Positions 48,063 to 56,675 of a DNA stretch of 64,000 nt are shown here, piece after piece (position 1 is the stretch's first letter; each line of letters starts with the position of its first letter). The stretch is from a virus, in IMG/VR virus record IMGVR_UViG_3300022848_000777, positions 1 through 64,000 of that record. One strand, 5' to 3'. The notes beneath the pieces were generated by a model that saw only the letters and a program-made list of their open reading frames with translations, was not told where the DNA came from and searched no databases. Position numbers and translations under genes: made by a program.

Positions 48063-50702
48063 ATGAATAACGATAAGATAGATATAGAATCTACACAACC
48101 ACCATTAGAGTATTTTAAGGGTGATGATTTAGCCGCAAATGTATGGTTAGATAAATATGCAGCTGATGGTGAAATAAATCCAGATGCGATGCATAAGAGA
48201 ATGGCCGCTGAGTTCTTTAGGGTTGATGAAATCCATGAGAAATTAGAACGACATCTGGATGTCAGAAGATCTAAGGACTTATCATTATACGGTAGATCAC
48301 GAAATGAATTAACTTTTAATAGTATATATGGTCTTTTTAAAGATTTTAAATACATAGTACCGCAGGGTTCAATTATGGCTACGTTAGGCACCCCTATAAT
48401 TGCTAGTCTTTCTAATTGTTGGGTAACTGAAAGTCCGTATGATTCATATGGTGGTATTTTAAAAACAGATTCAGACCTTGCTTATTACTATAAACGAAGG
48501 GGTGGTGTCGGTGTTGATATTTCAAACCTAAGACCTGAGGGAACACTAACAAAAAATACGGCAAAAGCAACTACAGGTGCAGTTTCATTTATGCATAGAT
48601 TTTCATCAACAACTAGAGAAGTTGCAATGGAAGGTAGGCGTGGTGCATTAATGTTATCAATCTCTATTAACCATCCTGATGTGATGGAGTTTATCAAAAT
48701 TAAGAGAGATGGAACATCCGTAACAGGGGCTAACATTTCAATTAGACTTAATGATAAGTTTATGAAATCGGTTGAGAATGATGAAGATTATATCTTACAA
48801 TTCCCGTGTGATGGTCAGCTAGATTTAGCTACACCAATCGAAACATTAGAGTATGGTAAATTAACTACAATTGATTATGGTGAAGTTGAAGGTGAGGATG
48901 GTGATAATTATTCCTTTAAAGGGTATGTTAAAAGAATAAAAGCAAAAGAATATTGGAATGAGATTATAAATTCAGCAAAGAATCATGCTGAGCCAGGCCT
49001 TATGTATTGGGATACTGTTATCAATAACGATCCAGCAGCGGTATACCCACAATTTACACCAAAGAGCTCAAATCCATGCGGGGAGCAATTCTTAAATCCA
49101 TATGATTCATGTAGGTTGATGGCACTAAATTTACTCAGTTTTGTAAATAAACCATACACCGATGGGGCTGAAATTGATTTTGACAAACTATATGAAGTAT
49201 GTTATGAACATACACGACTTGGTGATGGTCTTGTTGATTTGGAATTAGAATATATACTACGAATTATAGAAAAAATAAAATCTGATCCTGAGCCCGATTA
49301 TATTAAACGTGATGAAATGGAACTTTGGGAAAAATCATACAATAATACTAAAGCAGGTAGGCGAGTTGGATTGGGAATTACCGCATTAGCAGATATGATC
49401 GCAAGTCTAAATTTAGCATATGATTCAGATGATGGTATTGCTATTATCGATAAAGTAATGGCGGCTAAAATGAGAGCAGAACTCGATTGTTCAATTGACC
49501 TTTCAATATTAAGAGAGCCATTTGAAGGGTGGGATAATGAAATGGAATTTCCAACAATAGATGGTGTTATAGTTCCAGGAAATAAGTTTTATAATACTTT
49601 ACTTAATGAATTCCCAGAGCAGGTAGCTAGAATGCAGTTATTTGGACGTAGAAATGTGTCTTGGTCTACAATAGCACCGACAGGAACGGTTAGTTTAATG
49701 ACACAGACCAGTTCGGGATGTGAACCTCTATTTCAACCATATTACATGAGACGTAAGAAGATTAACCCAAGCCAAAAGGGTGTTAGGGTTGATTTTGTAG
49801 ATGATATAGGTGATAGTTGGCAAGAATTTGCGGTGATACATGAACAATTTAGAAAGTGGATTAGAACCTCACATTTCTTCTATGATGATGATGATTTCAA
49901 TAATACTATTAATAAAAAAGGGGTATTAGAGGATTATTTCAAAGCATCCCCTTGGTTTAAATCTACAGCTAATGATATTGATTGGAATAAACGAAATCAA
50001 ATCCAATCAGTTTTACAGAAATACACTACAAACGCAATTTCATCTACTATCAATTTACCCTCAACTGTAACTGAGAGTGAAGTATCTGATATATATTTAT
50101 CTGGCTGGAAATACGGATTGAAAGGACAAACTGTTTATGTGGATGGATCTAGATCTGGCGTTCTCGTATCTAATGATGAGAAGAACCCAAATGGAGTTTT
50201 TAAACAAATGGATGCAATAAAACGGCCTACATCGTTAATGTGTGATGTTCATACAACGACATCTGCTGGAAAGAAATATAATGTGTTTATTGGATTATTA
50301 GATGGTAAGCCATATGAAACATTTATAACATCATTCATCACAACTGAAAATCAACTTGAGTTGAAAAAAATCAAACGAGGTCGTTATGATTTATTAAAAG
50401 ATGATGTTCTAATCTATGAAAGTATTACAATGGATATGACTGATGAGCAAGAAGCAATCACACGATTGGTCAGTACAAATCTAAGACATGGTGTTGATAT
50501 TAAATTTATAGTAGAACAGTTAAATAAAACATCTTCGGAAAATATGTTTACATTTATCAAATCACTATCTCGTGTTTTGAAGAAATATATTCCTGATGGT
50601 TCTAAATCAACTGTAACTTGCAATGATTGTGGATCTGATAATGTTATATTTGAGGAAGGTTGTAATAAGTGCCTTGACTGCGGTTCAAGTAAATGCGGTT
50701 AA
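48063..50702 (+). CDS. nrdJ: Class II (B12-dependent) ribonucleotide reductase
   Basis: SLSNC, GGVG, RRGALM, NPCGEQ, SCRL, TIAPTGT, ISSTINLP; C-terminal CxxC..EGC.KC..CG.SKC; no adjacent nrdB. Confidence 0.92.
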   Translation: MNNDKIDIESTQPPLEYFKGDDLAANVWLDKYAADGEINPDAMHKRMAAEFFRVDEIHEKLERHLDVRRSKDLSLYGRSRNELTFNSIYGLFKDFKYIVPQGSIMATLGTPIIASLSNCWVTESPYDSYGGILKTDSDLAYYYKRRGGVGVDISNLRPEGTLTKNTAKATTGAVSFMHRFSSTTREVAMEGRRGALMLSISINHPDVMEFIKIKRDGTSVTGANISIRLNDKFMKSVENDEDYILQFPCDGQLDLATPIETLEYGKLTTIDYGEVEGEDGDNYSFKGYVKRIKAKEYWNEIINSAKNHAEPGLMYWDTVINNDPAAVYPQFTPKSSNPCGEQFLNPYDSCRLMALNLLSFVNKPYTDGAEIDFDKLYEVCYEHTRLGDGLVDLELEYILRIIEKIKSDPEPDYIKRDEMELWEKSYNNTKAGRRVGLGITALADMIASLNLAYDSDDGIAIIDKVMAAKMRAELDCSIDLSILREPFEGWDNEMEFPTIDGVIVPGNKFYNTLLNEFPEQVARMQLFGRRNVSWSTIAPTGTVSLMTQTSSGCEPLFQPYYMRRKKINPSQKGVRVDFVDDIGDSWQEFAVIHEQFRKWIRTSHFFYDDDDFNNTINKKGVLEDYFKASPWFKSTANDIDWNKRNQIQSVLQKYTTNAISSTINLPSTVTESEVSDIYLSGWKYGLKGQTVYVDGSRSGVLVSNDEKNPNGVFKQMDAIKRPTSLMCDVHTTTSAGKKYNVFIGLLDGKPYETFITSFITTENQLELKKIKRGRYDLLKDDVLIYESITMDMTDEQEAITRLVSTNLRHGVDIKFIVEQLNKTSSENMFTFIKSLSRVLKKYIPDGSKSTVTCNDCGSDNVIFEEGCNKCLDCGSSKCG

Positions 50703-50720
50703 TTTTAAATAAAAAAAGTT

Positions 50721-51149
50721 ATGAATGTAAATATAAAGTTATTAAATTCAGATGCAGTATTACCGACTTATGCAAAATTCGGTGATGCTGGTATGGATAT
50801 GTACGCAACCCATATTATAAAATGGGATAATAATCAAATAACATACGGTACTGGTGTGGCAATGGAAATCCCATCTGGATTCGTTGGTTTGATTTTTCCG
50901 AGATCATCAATACGTAAGATGGATTTACAATTGAGTAATTCAGTTGGTGTTATTGATAGTGGGTATCGTGGTGAAATTCAAGCCACTTTTAACAGAACTT
51001 CGACTGCGTTAGGCACTAATATATATGATATTGGTGATAGGGTAATGCAAATAATTATAGTACCCTATCCGCAAATTGAATTTAACTTAGTAGATGATTT
51101 ATCAAAAACCGAACGTGGATCTGATGGATTTGGTTCAACAGGGGATTAA
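50721..51149 (+). CDS. dut: Trimeric dUTPase
   Basis: DAGMD, PRSS, GVIDSGYRGE and RG.DGFGSTG motifs. Confidence 0.97.
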   Translation: MNVNIKLLNSDAVLPTYAKFGDAGMDMYATHIIKWDNNQITYGTGVAMEIPSGFVGLIFPRSSIRKMDLQLSNSVGVIDSGYRGEIQATFNRTSTALGTNIYDIGDRVMQIIIVPYPQIEFNLVDDLSKTERGSDGFGSTGD

Positions 51150-51151
51150 GA

Positions 51152-51355
51152 ATGGCACTTCGTGGAGAGCAGCATCCTCAACATAAACTAACGGCAAAGC
51201 AAGTAATATCCATTAGAAAGTTGTGGAGAATTGGACATAGGAATCTCAAAGTAATTGCTAGAAACAACGGAGTTACTACTTCTAATATCCGTAGGATTGT
51301 TAGAAACGAGACATGGGTTCATTTGACATTTGGGAAATTTGATGATTATCAATAA
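51152..51355 (+). CDS. Small HTH protein resembling the DNA-binding tail of HNH homing endonucleases
   Basis: RGE.HP..KLT...V..IR......IA...GV....I..IV....W.H pattern. Confidence 0.65.
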   Translation: MALRGEQHPQHKLTAKQVISIRKLWRIGHRNLKVIARNNGVTTSNIRRIVRNETWVHLTFGKFDDYQ

Positions 51356-52152
51356 TGAAAGAAAATAAATTATATGTTGATATTAGCAGGGTGCATATTG
51401 CACCTATTGCTAAATCAATAGCTAAGAGTATTATCATAAAAAAACATTACAGCCACTCATGGACTGCTTGTAGGTATTCATTGGGAATTTATTATAAAAC
51501 AGAAGATGACTCACAATTCGGTGATAGTAAGTTAATTGGGTGTCTTATATATGGATTTCCAGTGGGTTCCAGGGCAGCCACATCTATTTGTGATGGATTG
51601 ACAAAGGATAACGCATTGGAGTTGACCAGATTGTATATAGATGATGGTTACGGTTCTAATATAGAATCATATGCAATGGGTCAGAGTTTTAAATGGTTAA
51701 AAGAACATGATAAGAATATCAAACTACTTTTATCATATGCAGATACGGAGCAAAATCACTTAGGTTCAATCTATCAAGCTACTAATTGGGTATATCAAGG
51801 TACTAATGATATGATAGCACTCATGCCAACTTATGGAATATCATTATCAAACGATCCTTATAATTGGATTCATAGTAGAACTGTATATTCACTTTGGGGT
51901 TCTAGTAACGTAGAACATTTGAAAAAAGAAATTGGTAAACAAGGTCATACCGTATTCTGGAGAAAAATGGAATCACCAAAACATCGGTACATCCAACTGA
52001 TATCACAGAATAAAAAAGAAAAGCGTGAATTGATGAAAAAGTTGAAACATAAAATTTATCCATATCCGAAAAACGCAAGTGATTTTAATAAAGAAATAAC
52101 AACACATACGACATACGAACCTGATTCGGATTTAGAAACTAAATTTTGGTAA
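51355..52152 (+). CDS. Mom-like GNAT-fold DNA modification protein
   Basis: HYSH, ELTRL, N.ES and SYAD..Q.H.G.IYQATNW.Y.G motifs. Confidence 0.75.
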   Translation: MKENKLYVDISRVHIAPIAKSIAKSIIIKKHYSHSWTACRYSLGIYYKTEDDSQFGDSKLIGCLIYGFPVGSRAATSICDGLTKDNALELTRLYIDDGYGSNIESYAMGQSFKWLKEHDKNIKLLLSYADTEQNHLGSIYQATNWVYQGTNDMIALMPTYGISLSNDPYNWIHSRTVYSLWGSSNVEHLKKEIGKQGHTVFWRKMESPKHRYIQLISQNKKEKRELMKKLKHKIYPYPKNASDFNKEITTHTTYEPDSDLETKFW

Positions 52153-52175
52153 TCTCATAAATAATTCGTATATTG
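52146..52175 (+). promoter_or_regulatory. Early/middle-type promoter TTGG-N19-TATATTG
   Basis: Upstream of polB. Confidence 0.75.
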
Positions 52176-52196
52176 TATAAAATAAGCAAATTGTAA

Positions 52197-54149
52197 ATGG
52201 CATATCAGAACGTATTTTATGATAGTGATACTAGAATAATTCATTCATGGGATGATGTTCTTGGTTACGAAACGAGTAAGTATTCACCATATGCATACGT
52301 AAGAGATGGTAATGGTGCGCATACTTCAATATATGGTGATAGGGTTAAGAAAGTAACCTATTGGAAAGATTACAATCCTAATGATCTATTTGAATCTGAT
52401 GTAAATGAAATTACTAGATTTCTAATAGATAAGTATGGGGAATCTGATGAAGTATCTAAAAATCATTGTACACTTACATTTGATATTGAGGTAGAAATGA
52501 ATTCAGGTTTACCCGATACCACTAAAGCTGAAAATGAAGTAACTGCAATAGCATTTCACGATTCTATAACAAATGACAAAGGTGTTTATGTAGTTCATAC
52601 GGGTAAAGAAATTGATAGGAAAATAAAAGGTGCTAATGTAAAATCCTTTAACACTGAGGCTGATATGCTATCTGCATTTTTAAATAAATGGGTAGATATA
52701 TCGCCAACAATAGTGACGGGTTGGAATATTGATTACTTTGATGTTACATATCTTTACAACCGATTGTGTAATGTATTCTCAACGACTGAGGCTAACAGAT
52801 TGTCACCAATTGGTAAAATAAAGTATAATAAATATAGAAAACGTTACCTTATAGCAGGTGTATCTTGTTTAGATTATATGGCATTGTTTAAAAACTTCAC
52901 ATACACAGAACACCCGAATTATAGACTTGATACTATAGCAACTTTAGAGTTAGGTCGTGGTAAGATTGAATATGATGGTAACTTAGATCAATTATTCAGA
53001 GATGATATTGAAAAGTTTATTGAATATAACCTAGTCGATGTTGAGTTGGTTGTTGATTTAGATAAGAAGTTACAGTTTATTGATTTGGCAAGGGCAATAT
53101 GCCACACAGGCCATGTTGCTTATGAGGATTTTCTTTTCTCTTCAAAGTGGTTAGAGGGGGCTATGCTCACATTTCTACGTAGAAGTGGTAGGGTTGCACC
53201 GAATAAACCCAATAGAGTTTCACTAAAGATAAACTCAGGTAAAAAAGGTGAAAATCGAATCTATTTAGAGAATTTACCGAATCTAACACCCCGATCAGGG
53301 AAACTAAAGATTTGGAAATCGAAATCATCTAAGATATCAGTAGAGTATGATGATATTGATTTCTCTACCAATTCATTTATATTGAAGCACCCATTAAAGG
53401 AAACCTTAAAAAAAGAATGGATACTTAAACTTGATTTTGAGGGGGCTTATGTAAAAGAACCAAAACCAGGACTATATAAATGGGTATATGATTTAGATTT
53501 AACATCAATATATCCCTGTATCATTATGACTATTAACATATCACCCGAAACTCAAGTGGGTAATATAACAAATTATTCCACAGAGGCTTATATGCGGCAT
53601 GATATTTCTAAGTTTGAAATAACAGATATTCATGGTAATATATCAGATCCGATGGATAGGGTTGAGTATGATGCATTCATTACAAAGATGAATCTAAGTG
53701 TAGCTGCTAATGGTACATTATACGACCAAAGTAAAGTTGGTATAATTCCTGAAATTTTGAATGTTTGGTTCGACAAGAGAGTTGAATATAAAGATTTGAT
53801 GAAGAAGTTCGGAAAAGCAGGTGATGATGATAAGTATAAATTTTACAATCAACGGCAATCCGTGCAGAAGATTATGCTCAATTCCCTTTATGGTGTACTT
53901 GGTTTGGAGTCATTTAGATTCTATAATGTGAAAAACGCGGAAGCGGTAACACTTACAGGGCAGACTGTAATTAAAACCACTGAGTTAATAGCTAATAATT
54001 ATTATAATAGTGTAACGGGCGATGCTTATGTAATTCAATTAGAAAATGGTGAAACTGTTAGTATGGGTGGTAATCTACCTGTTACGTTAACTAATGGAAT
54101 GATAAAGAAAGTTTCAGAATTAACAGAAGAAGATGATGTTTTATTATAA
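52197..54149 (+). CDS. polB: Family-B DNA polymerase, N part (exonuclease, motifs A and B), ending in a degenerate intein-like segment
   Basis: FDIEV, GWN...FD, YNLVDV, DLTSIYP and KIMLNSLYG motifs. Lacks YxDTDS. Tail 54024-54146 is Hint-like. Confidence 0.95.
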   Translation: MAYQNVFYDSDTRIIHSWDDVLGYETSKYSPYAYVRDGNGAHTSIYGDRVKKVTYWKDYNPNDLFESDVNEITRFLIDKYGESDEVSKNHCTLTFDIEVEMNSGLPDTTKAENEVTAIAFHDSITNDKGVYVVHTGKEIDRKIKGANVKSFNTEADMLSAFLNKWVDISPTIVTGWNIDYFDVTYLYNRLCNVFSTTEANRLSPIGKIKYNKYRKRYLIAGVSCLDYMALFKNFTYTEHPNYRLDTIATLELGRGKIEYDGNLDQLFRDDIEKFIEYNLVDVELVVDLDKKLQFIDLARAICHTGHVAYEDFLFSSKWLEGAMLTFLRRSGRVAPNKPNRVSLKINSGKKGENRIYLENLPNLTPRSGKLKIWKSKSSKISVEYDDIDFSTNSFILKHPLKETLKKEWILKLDFEGAYVKEPKPGLYKWVYDLDLTSIYPCIIMTINISPETQVGNITNYSTEAYMRHDISKFEITDIHGNISDPMDRVEYDAFITKMNLSVAANGTLYDQSKVGIIPEILNVWFDKRVEYKDLMKKFGKAGDDDKYKFYNQRQSVQKIMLNSLYGVLGLESFRFYNVKNAEAVTLTGQTVIKTTELIANNYYNSVTGDAYVIQLENGETVSMGGNLPVTLTNGMIKKVSELTEEDDVLL

Positions 54150-54156
54150 TTAATAC

Positions 54157-54164
54157 TACTTATA
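54157..54164 (+). promoter_or_regulatory. Late-type promoter motif TACTTATA before the polB endonuclease
   Basis: Followed by CGGGGG and ATG 54188. Confidence 0.65.
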
Positions 54165-54187
54165 TATAGAAACGGGGGTATCAACGT

Positions 54188-55015
54188 ATGATTGAATGTA
54201 AAATATGTAATAAGAAGTATAACACCATCACAGCAACTCATTTAAAGACACATGGTATTAGTATGGCAGATTATCGAACTAAATTTCCCAATGTACCAAT
54301 CCAATCAGATGGGATGATTCAGAGGGGAGTTCACTCATTAGAAAATATGATACGAAGGCATGGTGATGTTCAAGGTAATATTAGATGGGAAGATTATAAA
54401 CAAAAACAGGCGTATACGAATACATTTGAATACAAACGTGATATTTGTGGTTGGGATGAGGATCAGTTCAATGCGTATAATAAAAAGAGAGGTAGTTTTG
54501 GTGAGTTGAATGGTAATCATGGGTCATCGTATTATCAGATTTGGATTGAAAAGTATGGTAGAGATGTGGCAGATGATATGAATTTTCAGTTATCTAAACG
54601 TAAAGCTAGACATGGTGAAGATAATGGTAACTATAAGAGATCAAAAAGACCTGATGAACTGAAACGAATGAGTGTATCTGCAATAGAGCGTGTAAAACGT
54701 AATGGGATGCCACATTCATATAATCCAAATTCAATTCCAATTATAGAACGGTATGGGTTGGATAATGGATATACATTTCAGCATGCTGAAAATGGTGGTG
54801 AGTATCAAATACCAGATAATACGTTTTTTGTAGATGGGTATGATAGATCAAATAATGTAGTGATTGAATATGATGAACAACGACATTTTAGAAACGGAGA
54901 ATTGCATCCAAAAGATATATGGAGAATGAACTTGATTATATCGAAATTAAAGTGTGTGTTTGTAAGAATCGATTATAAGGGCAATATAACAAAATATGAA
55001 AATAAAAACAATTAA
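54188..55015 (+). mobile_element. Free-standing homing endonuclease (Vsr/EDxHD-like) inside fractured polB
   Basis: N-terminal CxxC...HL..H zinc finger. C-terminal QHAENGGE..VDGYD..VVIEYDE..H; paralog of 7809..8552. Confidence 0.85.
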
Positions 55016-55909
55016 AAAAACAAACGTCGGCGTAGATTACAACATCTACGTCGACACGTAACTGATTCAGTATTTTATGAAGCAGCTCCATTGGTTAAGG
55101 CTAGAAATCCTAAAATCGATGTTAATTCTGATGAAGAAATGATACCTGCCATTCTTAGTGTTGCAAAAGAAGTGCAAGATCACATCAATAAAACATATGA
55201 TGTGATGGCTAAATCCATGTTTAATACCAGTAACCATAGATTTGACATAAAGCAAGAAACAATCGCAAAGGGTGGATTTTGGGTATCTAAAAAACGATAC
55301 GCTCAGTGGATTATAAATGATAACTCTGTTAATTGTGATAAGTTGGATGTAAAGGGGTTAGATGTAAAACGAAGTTCATTTCCTGTATACTTTAAGGAAG
55401 TGATGTCTGAAATATTATGGTCTATTCTAAAAGATGATGCGAAATTGAACATCGATAAAAAGATATTAGATTATAAAGATGGTATGGAAAATTACTACTA
55501 TGTTGATATTGCAAAGAATTCAGCAATTACGGATATGAGTAAGCATTTATTTAAAAACCAAGCTCTTGGTGAGTTTCAAAAGGGAACACCCGCTCACGTT
55601 AAAGCAGCAATAACTTATAATCAATTATTAAAAAAGTTCAATACTGCTTTTAAATACGAACCAATTAAAGATGGTGATAAGGTTAAATGGGTGTATTTAA
55701 AGAATAATCCATTGGGATTGAATGGGGTTGCATTGAATGGGTATAATGATCCTGATGAAATAATTGAGTTCATTAAAACCTACATAGATTTCGAATTAAT
55801 TTGGGAAAAAGAACTTCAAAATAAATTAGATGATTTCTATGATGCAATGAAATGGGATTTACCAAACCCAAACTTAGATAAAGCAGCAGAGTTTTTCGAC
55901 TTTAATTAG
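54996..55909 (+). CDS. polB: Family-B DNA polymerase, C part (motif C, thumb), with a 5-nt frame break inside YVDTDS
   Basis: ATG 54996 gives MKIKTIKKTNVGVDYNIYVDT* (TAA 55059-61). The other frame from 55061 gives TDSVFYEAAPL...KKRYA...KGLD..RSS. The ORF-track start at 55091 omits the catalytic motif. Confidence 0.85.
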
Positions 55910-55936
55910 GATAATCGAAAATAAATTCGTATATTG
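55907..55936 (+). promoter_or_regulatory. Early/middle-type promoter TAGG-N19-TATATTG
   Basis: Upstream of the sliding clamp gene. Confidence 0.7.
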
Positions 55937-55957
55937 TATAAAATAAACAAATTATAA

Positions 55958-56668
55958 ATGGATAAAAAGACAATTGAAAACTTTATAAACCGATATAGTA
56001 TTGGTGGTGAGGTAGAATCAGTTACAATAAAAGTTGATTCAGACAAAATGAGTGTAAATTTCATATCAGATGATAAAACATTATTAGGAACTGTTACCTC
56101 TGATGTAGTGGGCTTTCCCGATGGTGAGTTCAGTATATACACAACATCGCAACTTAAAGCTATGTTAAATATTCTTGAATCTAGCATAACCGTTGGTAGT
56201 AAAGTTAATGAGGCGAGTAAAGAGGCATTCATTAAGTTCTCAGATAAATCTACATCTGTTACTTATATGTTATGTGAGCCATCTGTAATTCCAGTAGTAC
56301 CACCTTTGAAGGCAATTCCTGATTTTGAGGTAAAAATTGACATAGATGATGATTTCATTTCTAAGTACACCAAAGCTAAATCGGGTATCAGTTCTGATAA
56401 GTTTACTTTCATTCGAAATGAAAAAGATGCTGAAATCGTTTTAGGTTACTCATCACGGAATACAAACCGTGTATCAATTCAGATTGATTGTAAATGTGCC
56501 ACTGATGTAGATCCAATTTCATTTTCTTCAAATTATCTTAAAGAAATATTGACATCAAATCGAGGTTCTAAATCAGCAACAATGGAAATATCCACTAAGG
56601 GGCTGTGTAGGCTTGTATTTAAAACAGATGAAATTGAGAGTACCTATCTATTAGTTCAAATGAAATAG
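55958..56668 (+). CDS. gp45: Sliding clamp (gp45/PCNA-like)
   Basis: Size, position after polB, and C-terminal FS..YLKEIL...IS.KGL..L.F......Y.L pattern. Confidence 0.75.
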   Translation: MDKKTIENFINRYSIGGEVESVTIKVDSDKMSVNFISDDKTLLGTVTSDVVGFPDGEFSIYTTSQLKAMLNILESSITVGSKVNEASKEAFIKFSDKSTSVTYMLCEPSVIPVVPPLKAIPDFEVKIDIDDDFISKYTKAKSGISSDKFTFIRNEKDAEIVLGYSSRNTNRVSIQIDCKCATDVDPISFSSNYLKEILTSNRGSKSATMEISTKGLCRLVFKTDEIESTYLLVQMK

Positions 56669-56675
56669 AAGATAT

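Noticed and set aside
54024-55060. Group I intron carrying the endonuclease in polB
   Set aside because: Only about 40 nt are non-coding and no P/Q/R/S core is visible. The flanks encode intein-like peptide instead.
55013-55063. Readthrough of the endonuclease stop into PolB-C (same frame)
   Set aside because: It would give ...LRRHVTDS, lacking the YxD half of the motif, which lies in the frame starting at ATG 54996.
55091-55909. ORF-track TTG start for PolB-C
   Set aside because: It begins downstream of DTDS, so the product would lack the catalytic aspartate.
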